From assembly GCA_051942205.1 (NCBI GenBank), contig JAVECO010000091.1, positions 62,001 to 91,329 on the forward strand: a stretch of 29,329 nt of DNA. The letters run 5' to 3'. The notes under the pieces were generated by a model that saw only the letters and a list, made by a program, of their open reading frames with translations, was not told the DNA's origin and did no database searches. Position 1 is the first letter of the stretch. Every line of letters starts with the position of its first letter. Source of the stretch: Coniocarpon cinnabarinum (Eukaryota). Below are positions 9,573 through 21,580 of this stretch, in pieces. The position numbers and the translations under genes were made by a program.

Positions 9573-11598
9573 TTAGTAGTCTTGATCATCAGTGCCCGCA
9601 ACAATTACATTGTTGATCTTCAGAACCATTCGGCAGAGCTGCGTAGCTAGGTACAGCTGCTGTCGTTTAGCAATGAGCGGTTCAAGAACAAAGTGTTCGC
9701 GCATATCTGCTTCAATTAGCTTCGTCGTGGGTACATAGAGCGTACAAGACTCACCATTCGTTCCAGTCTGCATGCAGTCCACGCCAAGCCGTGGATTTTT
9801 CTCCTTCACTTGTCTCGACTTGATTGAAGCCAGGGTTTCAATGGGCGAAAGACCCGAGTTTTCTGCAAGCGCAACCGGAACAGAGTCGAGAGCATCAGCG
9901 AAAGCCCGCATCGCATATTGCTCCAGACCTGGACTCTTCACCGCAGCATCTTCAACAGCAAGTGAACAGGCAATCTCAGCGGCACCACCACCGTACACGA
10001 TGCGGTTATCTCTGACAAGGTTACGCACAACGCACAAGGCATCGTGCAACGAACGCTTAGCCTCATCAATGATCTAAACCAATTAGTAAATTCGTCTCTC
10101 ATCACTCGGGATCTTGACTTGCCATCTTATTACTGCCTCTCACGAATACTGTGACAGCTCTTGTGTTTGCGCACTCTTCAATGACCAACATCTTTTCCCT
10201 CACTGTTCCGAAGCTCATTTGCCGCACAATGCCGGCAGTGCCCAGCTTCTCTTTTGTCAGGTCTTCAAAGCGTGGTACGATACGTCCGTTGGTCGCTATC
10301 GCAATCAGCTCGATCTCGGGTCCCCCTACCCATCGCACAGCTGGTAGTTTGTTCGTAAGAAGCAAATGATTCGCTTCGTCGTCAAAGCCCCACTGGCACA
10401 AAGCGACATTCGCGCCGGTGTCCTTAATCTGCTTGATCATTTCCTGGAACTTTTCTTGCTCGTACTTTTGCAGTCTTTTGAATTCTTCCACAGAAGTGAT
10501 GTCGAGTTTGTGCTTCGTCTTCGGCTTTGGAGGCTCAAACGGACACGTCAAAATAGCAATTTTTGCATCTCGAACTTCATCCGGCATCTGAGGATGTGAA
10601 AAGTCCTTATCAATGATCACACCCTTCACTAGCATCGAGTCTTCCAACGATCCGCCCAGCTTGCCGTCAACTTTGATGAGCTCGAAATCGACATCTTTGC
10701 GCTTCAAGTCTGCGACTGAAAGGACTGCATCAACGGCGATCTTTGCAAATTGATCGTGTGCTTTCGAAACGATTTTGCTGCCCAAACAGGTCTTTGCGAC
10801 TTTCTGCAAATTCGTGGTGTCTTGCGTCGTAAATTTGACCTCGTCGCTGACTTTGTCGAGTTCTTGCGCAGCAATTTCGCATGCTTGATCGTAACCGTCG
10901 GCGATTCGGATTGGGTGAATTCCTTTGTCCATCAAGTCCGCAGCTTGTTCCAGCAGAGCGGACGCTAATACAACCACGCCTGTCGTACCATCCCCAATTT
11001 CATCGTCTTGCGATTTAGAAAGTTCCACCAGCAGTCTAGCAACGTGGTTGGTGATCTCCATCTGACCCAGTATGGTTGCGCCATCGTTTGTAACCGTTAT
11101 ATCACCGTCGGGAGAAATGAGAATTTTGTCCAGGCCACGAGGACCCTATTGACCATCAGCATACGCAATTCGAAGTGGCGAAGAAGGACTAAGTCATACT
11201 AATGAAGTCTTCACAATGTTGCCCACCGTTTTAGCTGCAAGTATGTGTGACTTGATTGCATCGTTTCCATGTTGCCTCTTTTTCTTTTGCTGGCTAGGTG
11301 AAAGAGTCAGCTGGTCGACTCTTCTAATGTCCCTCCAGCCCGCAGAGGCTCTGCCTCAGGAGCCCTAAAAGGTTTTCGATATTGGCTTCACATACTCTCG
11401 AACGATAATGAATGGCCTGCCTTGTTCATCCTTTGCCACTTGGGCTAATCATTGTCAGCATTGCCCAATGATGGCCCTGACAACCTAAAAAACACGAGGC
11501 GCGGATTGTATTCACCATTGGACATATCCAGCTCTGCATGCACAAGAAGTCAGTCGGATCGTGACTTGGAAGATCCCTTGAAGCTTACGCATGGCCAT
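9573..11598 (-). CDS. CCT5: T-complex protein 1 subunit epsilon (CCT/TRiC chaperonin), 7 exons, 548 aa
   Basis: Exons 11598-11589, 11533-11516, 11444-11396, 11293-11200, 11145-10123, 10073-9755 and 9706-9573 total 1647 nt. Spliced N-terminus [27 protein letters not shown]; conserved [17 protein letters not shown] and GDGTTGVV; epsilon-type [14 protein letters not shown] and [13 protein letters not shown]. Confidence 0.97.
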
Positions 11599-11958
11599 GT
11601 GGAAAATTGTGACGACGCTCTGTTATGCGCCGAAGTGAGCACAATCCTGGATCATGCCTCGCGGCTGTGGGATATTTCGAAATGTGAGTTGGCGGCGTCA
11701 GTGGTGCCTGTCGCGAAAAACTTCTGGAGCGAGTGGAGCTTGGGGCAAGCAAGACGCGCGCCCCCGTAAAGGAATAGCGCCCCAGCCACGAGTCACCCAC
11801 CTCCAACCCAGCACGGCCAGTCGCTCTTCACCTGCTGCTGCGCTTCTCCGCGTCGCATTTCCCTCCCCTCGCGCTGATTTCGTCCCTGTCTGCAGACTGC
11901 AGGCGTGTCGTCCATCAGATTGCAGCGAGGCGAATCTTGCCACCGTACAACCACATCA
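11599..11958. promoter_or_regulatory. 360-bp bidirectional promoter/5'UTR region shared by CCT5 and HP1
   Basis: Divergent start codons at 11598 (-) and 11959 (+); CT-rich tract at ~11820-11890 before the HP1 start. Confidence 0.7.
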
Positions 11959-12976
11959 ATGGCACCCAGTAAGCTTGCGACAGCTCTGGCAAGGGCGTTT
12001 CATGTCGCGCGTGGTGAGGCTAACAGGCATGGCAGAGAAGAGCGCAAGCTCTGCATCTGAGGAAGACATTCCCTTCTCCAAAAAAGCCGCACAAGATCAG
12101 CCAGCGGAGGAGGAGGAAGACGACGACGAAGAGGAGTAAGAAATTAGGTCTGCGAAGATGAATGGGAGCAGCAGAGTCACTAACGTGGAGCAGATATGCC
12201 GTCGAAAAGATTATTCGCCACAAATACGTGGGCAAGGTACCGAGAAGCTCTGGGCGCTGCAATTGAGCGCGGCACTGACATTGCCCAGACAAAGCCAAAG
12301 CTTCAGTACGAAGTGAAGTGGATCGGCTGGGAGGAGACCACGTGGGAGCCGCAAGAGAACTTGGATAATTGTCCAGATGAGCTGCAGGAATATTACACCG
12401 CAATTGGAGGTAAACCTGAGCCACCGTCCTCGGCAAAGAAACGTCCAGCGCAAGATTCCTCCACTCCGACAGCTAAGGGCAGGGCATCTTCTGGCAAGCG
12501 GGCCAAAACCGAAGACGACTTGAGCATCATTCGGGCTGCTACCGGCGAGAATACATGGAAGGCGCCTCAAGGTTCCTGGGAAGACCATGTCCTCGCGGTC
12601 GACTCCATGACGCGCGACGAAAATGGCGACAACATTGCCTTTTTGGTGTGGAATAACAAGCACAGAAGTCGTCATTCGACAAAGCTTCTCAATCACAAAT
12701 GTCCCCAGAAGCTCCTCGCTTTCTATGAGGCCCATCTGTAAGTTTTTGCTTCCCTCGGACTCGGCCTGAGTCATCGCTGATTCGACCGGCTGCCACAGAT
12801 TTTTCAACCCCACCAGGCCGGACGAGGAGGAGGAGGAAGCGCCAGTCAAAGAGATAGCATCGGCGGGAACAGACTCTCAGGCGAATGCCCCCGGCCCAGC
12901 GGAGAAGAACGGGGTTGCGGCAGAGAATGAGGACGACGAAATGGAGGGGGTGAAGGGAGTCGCACCTGCAGCATGA
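11959..12976 (+). CDS. HP1: Heterochromatin protein 1 (HP1/Swi6/HepA/HPO): chromodomain plus chromo shadow domain, 5 exons, ~259 aa
   Basis: Exons 11959-11968, 12036-12135, 12194-12236, 12289-12737 and 12799-12976 total 780 nt. Acidic N-terminus, then chromodomain EEYAVEKIIRH...YEVKWIGWEETTWEPQENL, a basic hinge, and shadow domain GSWEDHVLAVDSM...FLVWNN...KCPQKLLAFYEAHL. Confidence 0.92.
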
Positions 12977-13756
12977 GCTTTCTATGGTATTGGGACAACG
13001 TGCATTGATCACGTAAATCACCGCACATTCCTGGATGGATCAGGGCAGCTGCTGAGCTTGAACTTTGTCTCATTGGGTTCTTTCCAAAAGCTGAGGTGAA
13101 GGGATAGGAACGCAATGCCATTGCAAAGGGCGATGCATGCGTGGGAGTCTCCATTGACTCGGATGTACCTGTACTCTAGATTAAACAATGTGTCCGACCG
13201 TACTGCTATTCCCAGAACCGGAGTGACCAGCTTTGCAGCCCAGGTGACGTTGGGTGAGGTAGTTCCATTGGCTACCTGGGTACCTAGCTTAGCGAGAAAT
13301 ATATTATCACATTATACAAGTCCACGTCACCACCCTGCCATGCCCGCCTCGCGCTCTGAGCAGAGGTAAGTCGAACCGGCGGTCTGAGCTTGCGGCGGGC
13401 CGATTCCGCAACCTTGAATCAAATTGGTAGAGGTTCTTTCTGTTGAAGCTCCCCAGTTCTCACACACTTCTCGCTCCGTGTAGTCGTTGTGTCAGACGGC
13501 TTGCAAGTCTCGAGCGAAGCGCAGAGACATACAGCATCACCCATCCTGCACCTCTCAAGGCAGCCCGAAGCGGCTTGCACCACCTTGTGTAATACGCCTC
13601 GAGTCTCACGCTCTATCCGCACCTGCACCTGCATCTACTATCTCACTCACCTCTTGAGACGCTGCATCCACGCACCTTCAAATAACCAACAACCATCAAC
13701 TATAGTTGCAGCTGAAGCGAGATGTTGAGATAAGACACTCGTCCCTGAACGCAGCC

Positions 13757-16137
13757 ATGCCTTCTCGCTTTGCGTTCCCCTCGAACTCTCATAGCGGTCT
13801 TGTGTGCCTCCTCCGACTTCTGTGGACTCTTGCCTCGCACGTTCGACGTGCCAGCGCTGCTCCCATTCAACAGGCACTGCAACCGCCCAATGACGGCCCT
13901 TCGACTCCGGACAATCCTCAAACATGGCTTTATCTTGGGACTGCCATTGGATTAGTGCTCCTTGGCGGCGCCTTTGCGGGACTTACCATTGCGTAGGTCT
14001 GCTCTTGACACCCGTGCTAGGACTTATACTGACGTGAAGCAGATTGATGGGACAAGACGAAGTCTATCTTCAAGTCATCGCAGAATCTGGAGACGGGTCC
14101 GAGAAGAAAAATGCTGCCAAAGTCCTTCGGCTCCTTCAGAAAGGCAAGCACTGGGTTCTGGTGACGCTGCTTGTGGGTAACGTCATAACGAACGAGACTC
14201 TGCCAATCGTACTCGACAGATCCATAGGCGGTGGTTATGCAGCAGCCATTAGTAGCACCGTCCTCGTCATCATCTTTGGCGAGATTGTACCACAGTCAAT
14301 TTGTGTACGCTTTGGCCTTCCCATCGGCGCTTGGATGTCGAGTTTCGTCTTGATGATTATGTGGATCTTTTGCCCGATTACTTGGCCAATTGCCAAACTT
14401 TTGGACAGACTCCTTGGCGAAGATCACGGAACAACATACAAAAAAGCCGGTCTCAAGACACTGGTGACATTGCATAAGAACATGGGACAATCGGCATCAG
14501 ATCGACTTAATGAAGACGAGGTCTCAATCATTAGTGGGGTGTTGGACTTGAAAGCCAAATCAGTTGGATCCATTATGACTCCCATGAACGATGTGTTTGT
14601 CTTGTCCGCGGATGCTGTACTAGATGAAGACACCATCGACGAGATCATGCGCGAAGGATATTCACGCATACCCATTCATGAGCCCCATAACAAGAACAAC
14701 TTCATGGGCATGCTTCTTGTCAAAATGCTGATAACCTACGATCCAGAGGATTCCAGAAAAGTCAGCGACTTCTCGCTCGCTACGCTACCGGAGACTCTAC
14801 CTTCGACGAGCTGCTTGGACATTATCAATTTCTTCCAAGAAGGCAAATCCCACATGGTTCTCGTCTCGGACTACCCAGGCGAAAATTATGGGGCGTTGGG
14901 CGTGGTCACCCTTGAAGATGTGATCGAGGAACTCATTGGAGAAGAAATTATCGATGAGTCGGATGTGTTCGTCGATGTACACAAGGCGATCCGTCGCATG
15001 GCGCCTGCGCCCACTACTCGAGCAAGGCTTTCAAGCGTTCAAAAAGAAGATGCCAAGACTGAAATTGTCGACGGAAAGGACGAGACCACTGATGATGTTT
15101 CCAAACGAGGTTCCGTGTCCTCTGAATATGGGCGTTCACCCCGTACGACCACACTCCTGGTCCGTCGGCGAAGCAGTGCCGACAACCCAGCAACCGACAT
15201 GAGACCACAAATCCAAGCACGACAGTACAGCCAAGGCCAAGCACGGCTTCAACTTCGCAACTTAGGCCCATCCAATGCTGCACGACAACCCAAATTGACA
15301 AGAATCAACGCCGTCAAGATTAAGCCAGGAGTTGGTACCATACCCGAGAACGGACCTGTTCGGCCAATGGACGAGCGGTCGCTGAGCCCAAGAAGTCATG
15401 TCGTTGAAACACCTCCACCAACTTCAGCACAGGGCGGTATAGGTGAGAATTTGGTGAAACCTGGCAAGGAAGCTAGTGATGGTGTTCAAGCAGTGCAGTC
15501 GGGCTATGGGAGCACAATGCGCAACGGCACTCTGGTCAGATCGCACACAAGCGATGACCGACAGTTTCTCGCGATTGGCGATTCTACGGAGCAGACAAGC
15601 CTATTGGCGCGTGTGGAGAGCGGCGAGGATAGGCCGAAGGACGACGCCATGAATGATCGTCCGGAGCAACATCGTTCGACCAGCCACGACACTATTGGCT
15701 CATTGCGAGACAAAACGCCAACGAGCAGGAGAAGGAATGGCGAGCCAGCTCGGAGTGGAAGCATTACAGAGAGTTTTGTCGATAGCGGCGGGATCAAGAA
15801 ACTTGTGCTAGAAATGTCAAGCTCAAGTGAAGACGGCGCGGAAAACAACGAGAGCACTGCGGCCCAACCTGATCCGGCGAAAGCTTGTCGAGACGGTAGC
15901 GGCAGTCCAAACATTGACTGGGCCCAATTCAAAACCAGCAGCTCGGTGCAACCTGGACAAATTATTGACGGGAGCACGAGCAAACGAGAGGAGACGGGAG
16001 AGCCTCCTAACGGGCGCACGTCGAAGAAGAAGCGCCAAAAGAAGAAGAAGAAGAGCCAGAGCAATGGTCAGAACGGAGGGAGAGGCGCATCGCAAGATGA
16101 AAATACGCCGCTGCTGAATCGAAGCACGTCCAAGTGA
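13757..16137 (+). CDS. MAM3: CNNM/DUF21 plus CBS-pair membrane protein (Mam3-like metal homeostasis protein), 2 exons, ~776 aa
   Basis: Exon 1 13757-13992, intron 13993-14042 (GTAGGT..CTGAC..CAG), exon 2 14043-16137. DUF21 motifs [38 protein letters not shown] and [11 protein letters not shown] motifs GYSRIP and [22 protein letters not shown]. Confidence 0.92.
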
Positions 16138-16413
16138 TGGGCTGAGGGGCTGTTGTAATTGCAGCGAGCATTGCAAGAGCAAGGCCAGAGCATGAGGGTC
16201 GTGTGAAGAATCACCTTGGCAGCCATGACACAAAAGAGCATAGCGAACAGTGTCGCTGACGGGGCAGCGGACATGACGCGTGCTGTATAAATCACTCTGT
16301 ACGATATGACATAGCCATATGCCCTACCTGAGTTGAACAGATCTTGCTTGTTTCAACTATGAGCCAACGCTGCATTCAGCGCGCAATACCAAGGAAAGCC
16401 TTTGAGTTGATAG

Positions 16414-16425
16414 AGTCACGTGACT
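16414..16425. promoter_or_regulatory. Perfect 12-bp palindrome AGTCACGTGACT (Cbf1/USF-type bHLH site) ~290 bp upstream of p150
   Basis: Read directly; RTCACGTG is the established Cbf1 consensus. Function is inferred. Confidence 0.5.
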
Positions 16426-16716
16426 ATTCTCTAGGATCTCGGGAAGTGCCACCAAGGCGCGTGTAAAGTTACAAAAAAGTATGGGGTCAGAGCGAATCGT
16501 CATCCCAAACAGTCAGCCGAGGAGACTATTGCCAGCGAGTAACTGACGCGCGCTTCTTACACTGCTCCCTCCACGCATGCTCGTCGATCGATGATAGATG
16601 AGGGCCGTTTCCCGAGAACCTATCTCTCTGTCCCTCATGTTCCATGTCTCGTCTGCGCAGCCTGATGTACGGATCCCAGGCGCGCTCTCAGTTGCTGACC
16701 CTTTCCCGGAGCGACC

Positions 16717-19700
16717 ATGATAGGGCCTTACAAACCTGGTCAAGTGGTTGAGCTGGGTGACGGACGGAATGCAGTCGTTCAATTCGCCGGCAAGACGTCC
16801 TTCGCCGATGGGGACTGGGTCGGGGTCCTTCTCGACGAACCGACAGGCAAGAATGACGGATGCGTCAAGGGCGTGCGGTACTTTGAATGCGAGCCACAGC
16901 ACGGCATGTTCCTGCGACCGTCCGCGATAGCCCAAGTCCTCGAGGACCCAACTCCAAAGCCGCCACAGACAAAGAAGCCCGTACCTAATGGGAAACCTGC
17001 AGTGTCCGCCGTTGACACTGAGGTCAAGACTCGTCCTTCGAGCATGATCGCCAATGGTGTTCAGAGACCTAGCCAGGATCTGTCTGCTGTAAGGAGGCAG
17101 AGCGTCAATGCAGCGAGTCCTTCGCCAGCGCCCCGGGCTTCTATCAATGGCCGAAAGGTACGCTCGACCTATGCACTACTGTCAATCAGAGTCTCACAAT
17201 ACATATAGTCTCCATCCAAGTTGGCTCCTCGAGCGTTTGGCTCTTCAGCCACGAGTACGGCTTCCTCTTCGAGGGGTGCCACACCACCGGCGCGGCGCAA
17301 TGGCTCGGGCATGACGGCTTCAGCCAAGCCGCCGTCCACATCACGACCAAGTTTAACCGGCACTCGAGCTCGCACCAATCCATCGTCTACAGTGGCCGGC
17401 CTCACGCGACACGATGCGGCTGGTTCTCGGCCGGCTGCAACAAGAGCTGCGACAGCCACAGCCGATCAAAAACCAAGGCTCGATGCTGTGCATCAAAGTC
17501 CACGTTCAAGCCTGGCTACTGGCCAATCCGCCACAAATGGCGCAGAAAGACGACCTCGAGCAGGTGTCACGGCTACAACATCTGCGCTTAAACCCAGTGT
17601 GAGCGACCCAAGTCGAACGGAACAAGCTCAGACCCCTTCTTCGCCAAGTAGCCTCGAGCAAAGTCCGCAGGCGCAGACTAATAATTTTGCTCCCACAGCA
17701 CCGCTCACTCAGGCGCCCTCGCCTGGACGCGAGGATGGCAAAAAACACGTTCCCCTATCTGCGGCAACGTCTCGTCACATCCAGGATCTCGAGACGCAGA
17801 TTAGCGTGCACAAGAAACAATGTGACGAGTATCGTGAACAAATCGCCGCAATGGAGAAGCTGCGTTCAGAGAGAGATCGGTTTCAGGCCATCATTGAAAA
17901 GTTGCAAGCAAAGTTACAGCCCCAGAGTCAAGAATTGGGTGAGCTCAGAGCTCGCCTGAAGGCGTCTGAGAAGGAACTCGAGGGTTTCCAAGGGAAAGAT
18001 GGGGATCACGAAGCGGAGCTAGAAATGGCCACTCTCGACCGAGAAATGGCTGAGGAACACGCGGAAGCTGCTCGGCTAGAGGTGGACGCTCTGAAAGAGA
18101 AAATATCCGAGCTACAAGACGAAGTTGAAGTGCTGCGGGAGGAGAACGCCCTCATGGGCGAAGAAATCAGCCCCGAGGAGAAGTCTAGTCAGGGTTGGCT
18201 GCAGCTCGAGCGATCTAATGAACGGCTGAAGGAGGCTCTCATTCGGTTACGAGAGATCACGCAGAATAAAGAGGCGGAGCTTACATCACAAATAGCAAAC
18301 CTTGAGGGCGATCTGAAGCAATACACCGGCGTCAACACATATTACGAGGAGACGAAGGAGAGGCTGCAACAATCGGAAGCTGCTATTGAAGATCTCAAAG
18401 AGCAATTAGATGAAGCCTTAGACGCTGAGAACACGTCGGAACGATTGACTACTGAAAACATCGCACTTCAAGATCAATTGGACCAACTCCGCGTCAACAT
18501 TAAAGAACTTGAAGACCTCAAAGAGTTGAACGATGAGCTTGAGTATAACCACGTAGAGGCTGAAAAGCAGATGCAGTACGAGATTGACTTCAAAGATTCT
18601 CTGATATCCGATCAACAGAGGCACACGACTGAGCAGAGCGATAAACTTTCGGATTACGAATACACGATCAATAAGTTTCGTGAGCTGGTTGCTAATCTTC
18701 AGAGCGGACTAGAAGATATGAAAGCATCTCAGCAAATCTCTGAGGCGGAAGCCGAGGAACTCAATAGTCGCTCCAAGGCTATGACTGATCTCAACATGAA
18801 GCTGCAATCTTCCGCCGAGAAGGCGCAAATGAACGTCATCGATCTCGAAGACCGTCGACTTGAGGCTCAAGAAGCTCTGGAGCACCTATCGATTGTTCAG
18901 ACATTTCTTCCGGACAGCTTCAAGTCTGAACGGGAGTCTGTTCTCACCTACTTGCGATTCCGCCGAGTGGGCTCGAAATCACGGCTGCTGCACTCGCTCA
19001 TGAAAAGCAGAATAGCCCATGATAGTCGTGATTCTCACTCGGATGATGTGTTTGTCATATGTGACGTTCTCGACAAGCTCGTTTGGATTGCGGCGATGTG
19101 TGACCGCTTCGTTAGTCACATCAGTGGATGTTCAGTCGAAGAATTCGCCCGGTTCGCAAGCACTTTGTTTGAACTGGATCCTGTTGAGCGGAGCCTCAAC
19201 GTATATGTCGGCAATATCAGGAAAGGCGAGCTGAGAGAGCAAGTGGCCGCGGACGAATTGCAACGAACGACGCTGGTGCTGACGCATCTTGCTGAAACCT
19301 ATCTTGAAAGTGACGACCTCGCCGATTACGCCGAATCTGTGCTGATGCGCACAAGCCTCATGCAAAGCTATCTTGAGAACACCGCGACAGCATTGACGCA
19401 CATTCGCAGTGCTGTGGCGCCCGATCCAGATCAAGCGGCAGATGCCTCCCATCCCGAGGACAGCCTTCAGCAATTCTTCAAAGAGGCCCAGCTACTCATC
19501 TCGCAGTCCCGCAGCGCAAAAATCATTGCCACGAGGGCCCATCAATCCCTGTCAGAACTTGCAGCGCGTTCGATGTCTTTGGACCTTACGACATCGGACA
19601 TTTTCGTCGATGCAGAAGAATCAGCATCCAGACTTGCTAAAACATCCTGCCAACTGGGCAGACACTTGCAGACAGCGCTAAGAGAGCTAGATCAAAACAG

Positions 19701-20991
19701 CAGCGCAGCAACAACGGTGGATCAGTCGCAAATGAAGGACGTTATACGCAACTCGTTAAGGAGCTTCATGAGCAGTTGTCTGCCAGACACGGCGTCTTCC
19801 TCCCCACTCTCTCCACTCTTGCAGAGGCTCAAGCAGATCACGACCTCGCTTGCTTCTGTGCTGGAGTCTACCACCAACCTCAGCAGTGTTCATGAGTTCT
19901 CACGCCCAGAGCCTCCGTGGTTTCAGCGAGCGGCTGCCTTGCGATCAGCTAAGCAACATACACAAGATACAGAGGCAGAACTAGTCCGCCTAAAAGATGC
20001 CATGCAAGCTCAGTCGCAAGAGCTGCGATCGAAAGACCAATCCCTCGACGAGAATCGCGTCAAAATTGAGCTGCTCGAGTCACGTACCAAAGACGCCAGT
20101 GAGAAAGCGGCGCGCATTACGGACCTCTCACAAGCGCTTGACGCAGTACAAAGGCGAGAACGAGACATGCTGAAGCGTGCCGAAGCTCACGCCACCGAAG
20201 TAGCAACTCTCAGTGCAGAGAAAGTCCACTGGAAGAATTTGGCAGAATCACGAAACGCGGAGGACGATGGTGGCGAGGCTGAAGCGAAGTCCCACGGCAG
20301 TGTACCGCCTACACCGCGTGGGGATTGGGCACTTTTCGGCTCGAGAGAGATGGATGCTTTGCGGAACGAGGTTGATGACCTGACCAGCGCCGTGCGGTTT
20401 CTGCGGGAAGATTCAAGAAAGACGAGATTGGCGAAGCCGGATGAGCGGCACATGGCCTGGTTAGGCGAGCCTCTTTTCAAAAAGCGCCCGACGACCGCGG
20501 AAGAACAGCATCAAGGACGGACACTGAAGTCGCGACAACGTGAGGCATTTGATGCGCTGCAAAGTGTCGTCACTGACAGCGAGGGCCTGGTGGAGTTACG
20601 CGAGACACTAGGGTCAGCAGAGCGATGGAAGTGGCGCCCGGCGAAGCAAAAAACAGGATGGAAAGTGGCACGCCAGAGGGAAGAATGGGTGCTTTGGCAG
20701 TCCAGGTGTTACAGTATAGTGAAGGATGCTGAAGATCACTCATACCACGGCGAAGCTAACACTGAGAAAGGAGCGACCTCCAGACCAGCATCGGCGTCAG
20801 ACCGAGACGAGAGCGCTGGGTTGACAACGAAAAATGGTCGCACCCTACCACCAGGAGCTGGCCACAAAACATCTCCTGCCGACGCCAGGTCCACAACCAC
20901 CGTTGGGGATGCAGAGCTCGGCGAGCAGATTCACAAGGCGTTGTCAAATGCTCCGCGGAATGGAGAGGAGCTCATTGGTGTAGCTGAATGA
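16717..20991 (+). CDS. NIP100: Dynactin p150Glued subunit (Nip100/RO-3/NudM), 2 exons, ~1407 aa
   Basis: Exon 1 16717-17157 carries CAP-Gly (WVGVLLDEPTGKNDG...YFEC...GMFLRP). Intron 17158-17208 (GTACGC..TAG) joins in frame to 17209-20991, which has a basic S/T/P-rich region and long coiled coils (ELEMATLDREMAEE, QLERSNERLKEALIRLRE, DLEDLKELNDELE-like). The exact start codon is less certain. Confidence 0.93.
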
Positions 20992-21580
20992 CGCTCGAGC
21001 AGAGCTGTTCTGGAGAGAAGGGGCCGGAAGGAGAGTTAATGATGCAAGTCAGCGACAGTGGCGGCCCTTGCCAACATGCATAGTTTGTTGCGTTTGAGAT
21101 ACCCCAATGCAAAACACTGTAGATAGCAATCTAGAGCAATCGAGAGTCGACTCTGGACATGCACTCGCTTCGCCACGAACCTTTGCCCTGGTCTGGGCCA
21201 TGCAAACTGTCATCGAGAAGTGCACCGCCACGCACGCTAGTTCGTCCGTCTTGAGAAGTTTTGTTTGGAATACTTACATGTCGAGTCTGGGCGATGGCCT
21301 TGTTGTCTTCGATCTACGTTCCCTCGTGCTGCGGTTTGTGTTCCTGCCAGCATGAGACTTGTGTTAGCACGTGCAAGGTCTCTGTTGAGGTAATTTAAAA
21401 TGGTAAAGCGCCGCCGGCCCTTCAGTGGGAGCTGCTTCTCCTGTTTGTGTGATCGTCCGCTCCACGTCATAGCATCTACAGCTTGGTCTTCTCATTGCTT
21501 GCTTGCTTTGCATTGTATTTGATTGTTCTCACAAATCCCGTGTTCCAGCTCGCACAACTGTAGCTTGCAAGTTCTAGGAA

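Noticed and set aside
1..12976. Two chromatin readers (Bdf1, HP1) within 13 kb as a functional cluster
   Set aside because: They are separated by unrelated genes; the sequence gives no evidence beyond chance neighbourhood.
16630..16723. Possible extra upstream exon for p150 (GTACGG donor, GCTGAC branch, TAG acceptor)
   Set aside because: The upstream ATG phases I tested did not join the CAP-Gly frame, so I kept ATG 16717. The true start remains uncertain.
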